From: Mobula hypostoma
Lineage: Eukaryota
Length of the DNA: 64,000 nucleotides
Assembly (NCBI RefSeq): GCF_963921235.1
Contig: NC_086106.1
Location: 20,584,001-20,648,000, forward strand
Direction: 5' to 3'
Part shown: one piece after another, positions 62,184-64,000 of the stretch
Numbering within the stretch: the stretch's first letter is position 1
Layout: each line of letters opens with the position of its first letter
The notes under the pieces: generated by a model
Seen by the model: the letters and a program-made list of their open reading frames with translations, nothing else
The model's database searches: none
What the model was told of the DNA's origin: nothing
Translations under genes and position numbers: made by a program

Positions 62184-64000
62184 TTTTGAAATCCGGGGCT
62201 TCAGCTGAGATCGGATTTATCGCGAGCAGATGAAGGCACTTTACAAATAGAGACGTGGTCTGCGAGTGACAGAAGGAGCCGCTGCTTGAATAGGCTCCCA
62301 CCTACGAAAGCCAGAAGCACAGTTTCCTGCCCTCGCCTCCAGCACAGATTTCAAAAGATGTTCGTTACTGGAGAGGGGACAGGTCAGCGGAAGTGAGCTG
62401 ATCGGAATTGAAGATCTGTTACACTCATCATTTTCGGCGATAAACAGTTTGTTTAAACTGAAAGTAGGTTACTTGGAAGTAGGTACAGAGGAGATGTCAG
62501 TGGTACTTGTTTTTCACGCAGAGTGGTGAGTGCGTGGATTGGGCTGCCGGCGGCGTCTCTGGTGGCGGAAACAATAGAGAGTCCTGGATAGGTACATGAA
62601 GCTTAGGAAACTAAGGGGTTATGGGTAAGCCTAGGAAGTTCTAGGGTGAGGACGTTTACGGCACGGCACAGCTTTGTTGGCCGAAGGGCCTGTATTATGC
62701 TGTAGGTTTTCTGTGTTTCTATGTTTCCAGGAAAGGGAGAGAACCCCGGCGAGAAAGAATGAGAGACAACAGTCAGCGGACGGGGTTAGCCCTGAAATAC
62801 AGGGTCTCAGAAACACCAGCTTGTGGACAAACATTACCCTGTGAGACACCAGTTAGTGGACAGCGATTCTCTTGTGAGACAGGAACGGAGATTCTTCTCA
62901 ATGTACTGGTTCCCCATAGATACAGCGACTGACAGTCTAGTCACTGGACAGATATCCCCCGAGAGTCAGAGACTGAGAGACATCAGTTAGTGGACAGATA
63001 TCGCTCTGACTAACAGGGACTGAGCACACTAGTCAACGGGCAAATGTCCTCCTTAGTGACACGGTTTGAGAGACAGCGGACTCTGCAGGTAAATGTCATG
63101 AACAAAAAAAAAGAGTTTCGATACAGTTTTCTATCTGCACCCACAGCACGAAAGTTAACATTAAACACTGATCCATAGAGGAAATGGAGTATATATTTAC
63201 TGATAGGGAATGATCTTTATCAGTGATCCGACAACATGAATTTCAGTGCAAATTAGTTGGCAAGTTTCCCCTCACCAGTATTAGGTAACTCTTTTGACCT
63301 GTTTCAGACGATGAGAGGCTATCAACTATTGATGCAGGGAGCTTAGGTGCTGACAACAAATAACAGGAGAAGTAGTTGTTGCTGGTAACAGTTAACGCCC
63401 CGGGAGGGTAGCAGGCAAGTGCTGCTGAATCGGTCGATATTGAAATGAAACTCATGGGGGAGGCCATCCAAGGTGCAGATCATCAGGGTGGGTTATTTTG
63501 TTTCTCAGTCTGGTGGTGGCAGTACTGCGTGTCCCAAATCTCGAATCCTCACTCAGATATAAACTGTGCTGATAGAATCATTAATCAAACCAAATCTCAC
63601 CCTTACCCAGGCATTTTCAGTCATTAAGCAGGGTTCATGACTTCTGGACAAATCAGAGCAGTTTCTGCAGACAATGAAGTACTTTTTGAAGTAGGTCCAG
63701 TGTTTTCCCTAAGGGAAGTTGGGTCCCAAATTACATATAACAACCTCTCTGACAAAATCAGTGGCGTATAAAGAGATTAGGCATTCTGTGATGCTGGTTG
63801 AGGGATCAACGTTGGGACAGAGAGCGGAGGATGGTCCAAACGTTTATGTCCACCTGACACAAGAACCCCATCATGGCAGTAATCAAAAAGGTGAACATTA
63901 GATTTTCCTCCAAAAGGACCATACTCTTGCCGTACGGGTTGGAGGCTAGCCTGCTTGAGTGACTCTGAAATATATATTGTCTGGTCTCAGAACATTACGC

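Noticed and set aside
61903-62301. 132-aa ORF running into V A4 as an intronless V gene
   Set aside because: The upstream part is the leader read in the wrong frame, and the V part frameshifts in FR2.
94-63901. Most remaining 60-160 aa ORFs in the supplied track
   Set aside because: They are antisense or alternate frames of V exons, LINE fragments or duplicated spacers, with start and stop positions not conserved between copies.

Overview
This is eukaryotic DNA from a cartilaginous fish (probably a ray; taxon inferred from the Ig sequences and repeat content). The window holds a head-to-tail tandem array of seven IgH 'miniloci' of the IgW-like cluster type on the minus strand, about 8-14 kb apart, plus the tail of an eighth at the right edge. 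Each unit reads leader - V - 23-RSS - D1 remnant - 12/12 D2 - 23-RSS - J - fossil C1-set constant exons. Units alternate between two lineages. A units (V at ~1.8, 21.1, 40.7 and 61.8 kb) are all pseudogenes. B units (V at ~12.5, 32.9 and 54.4 kb) have an open leader+V, GT/AG splice sites and canonical or near-canonical 23-RSS. In all seven units the J is dead (a shared 4-nt deletion plus a Rex1/Babar LINE fragment inserted between J and its splice donor), and every constant exon I could recognise is broken by stops or indels. So three apparently functional VH segments sit on dead D-J-C modules, which would fit V donors for rearrangement outside their own cluster (inference). Insertion markers suggest nested ~10/20/40-kb duplication. 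The rest is CR1, Rex1/Babar and Penelope-like retroelements (one with a hammerhead ribozyme motif) and a degenerate minisatellite. All translations and alignments were done by eye; no database search was run, and fossil-exon boundaries are approximate.
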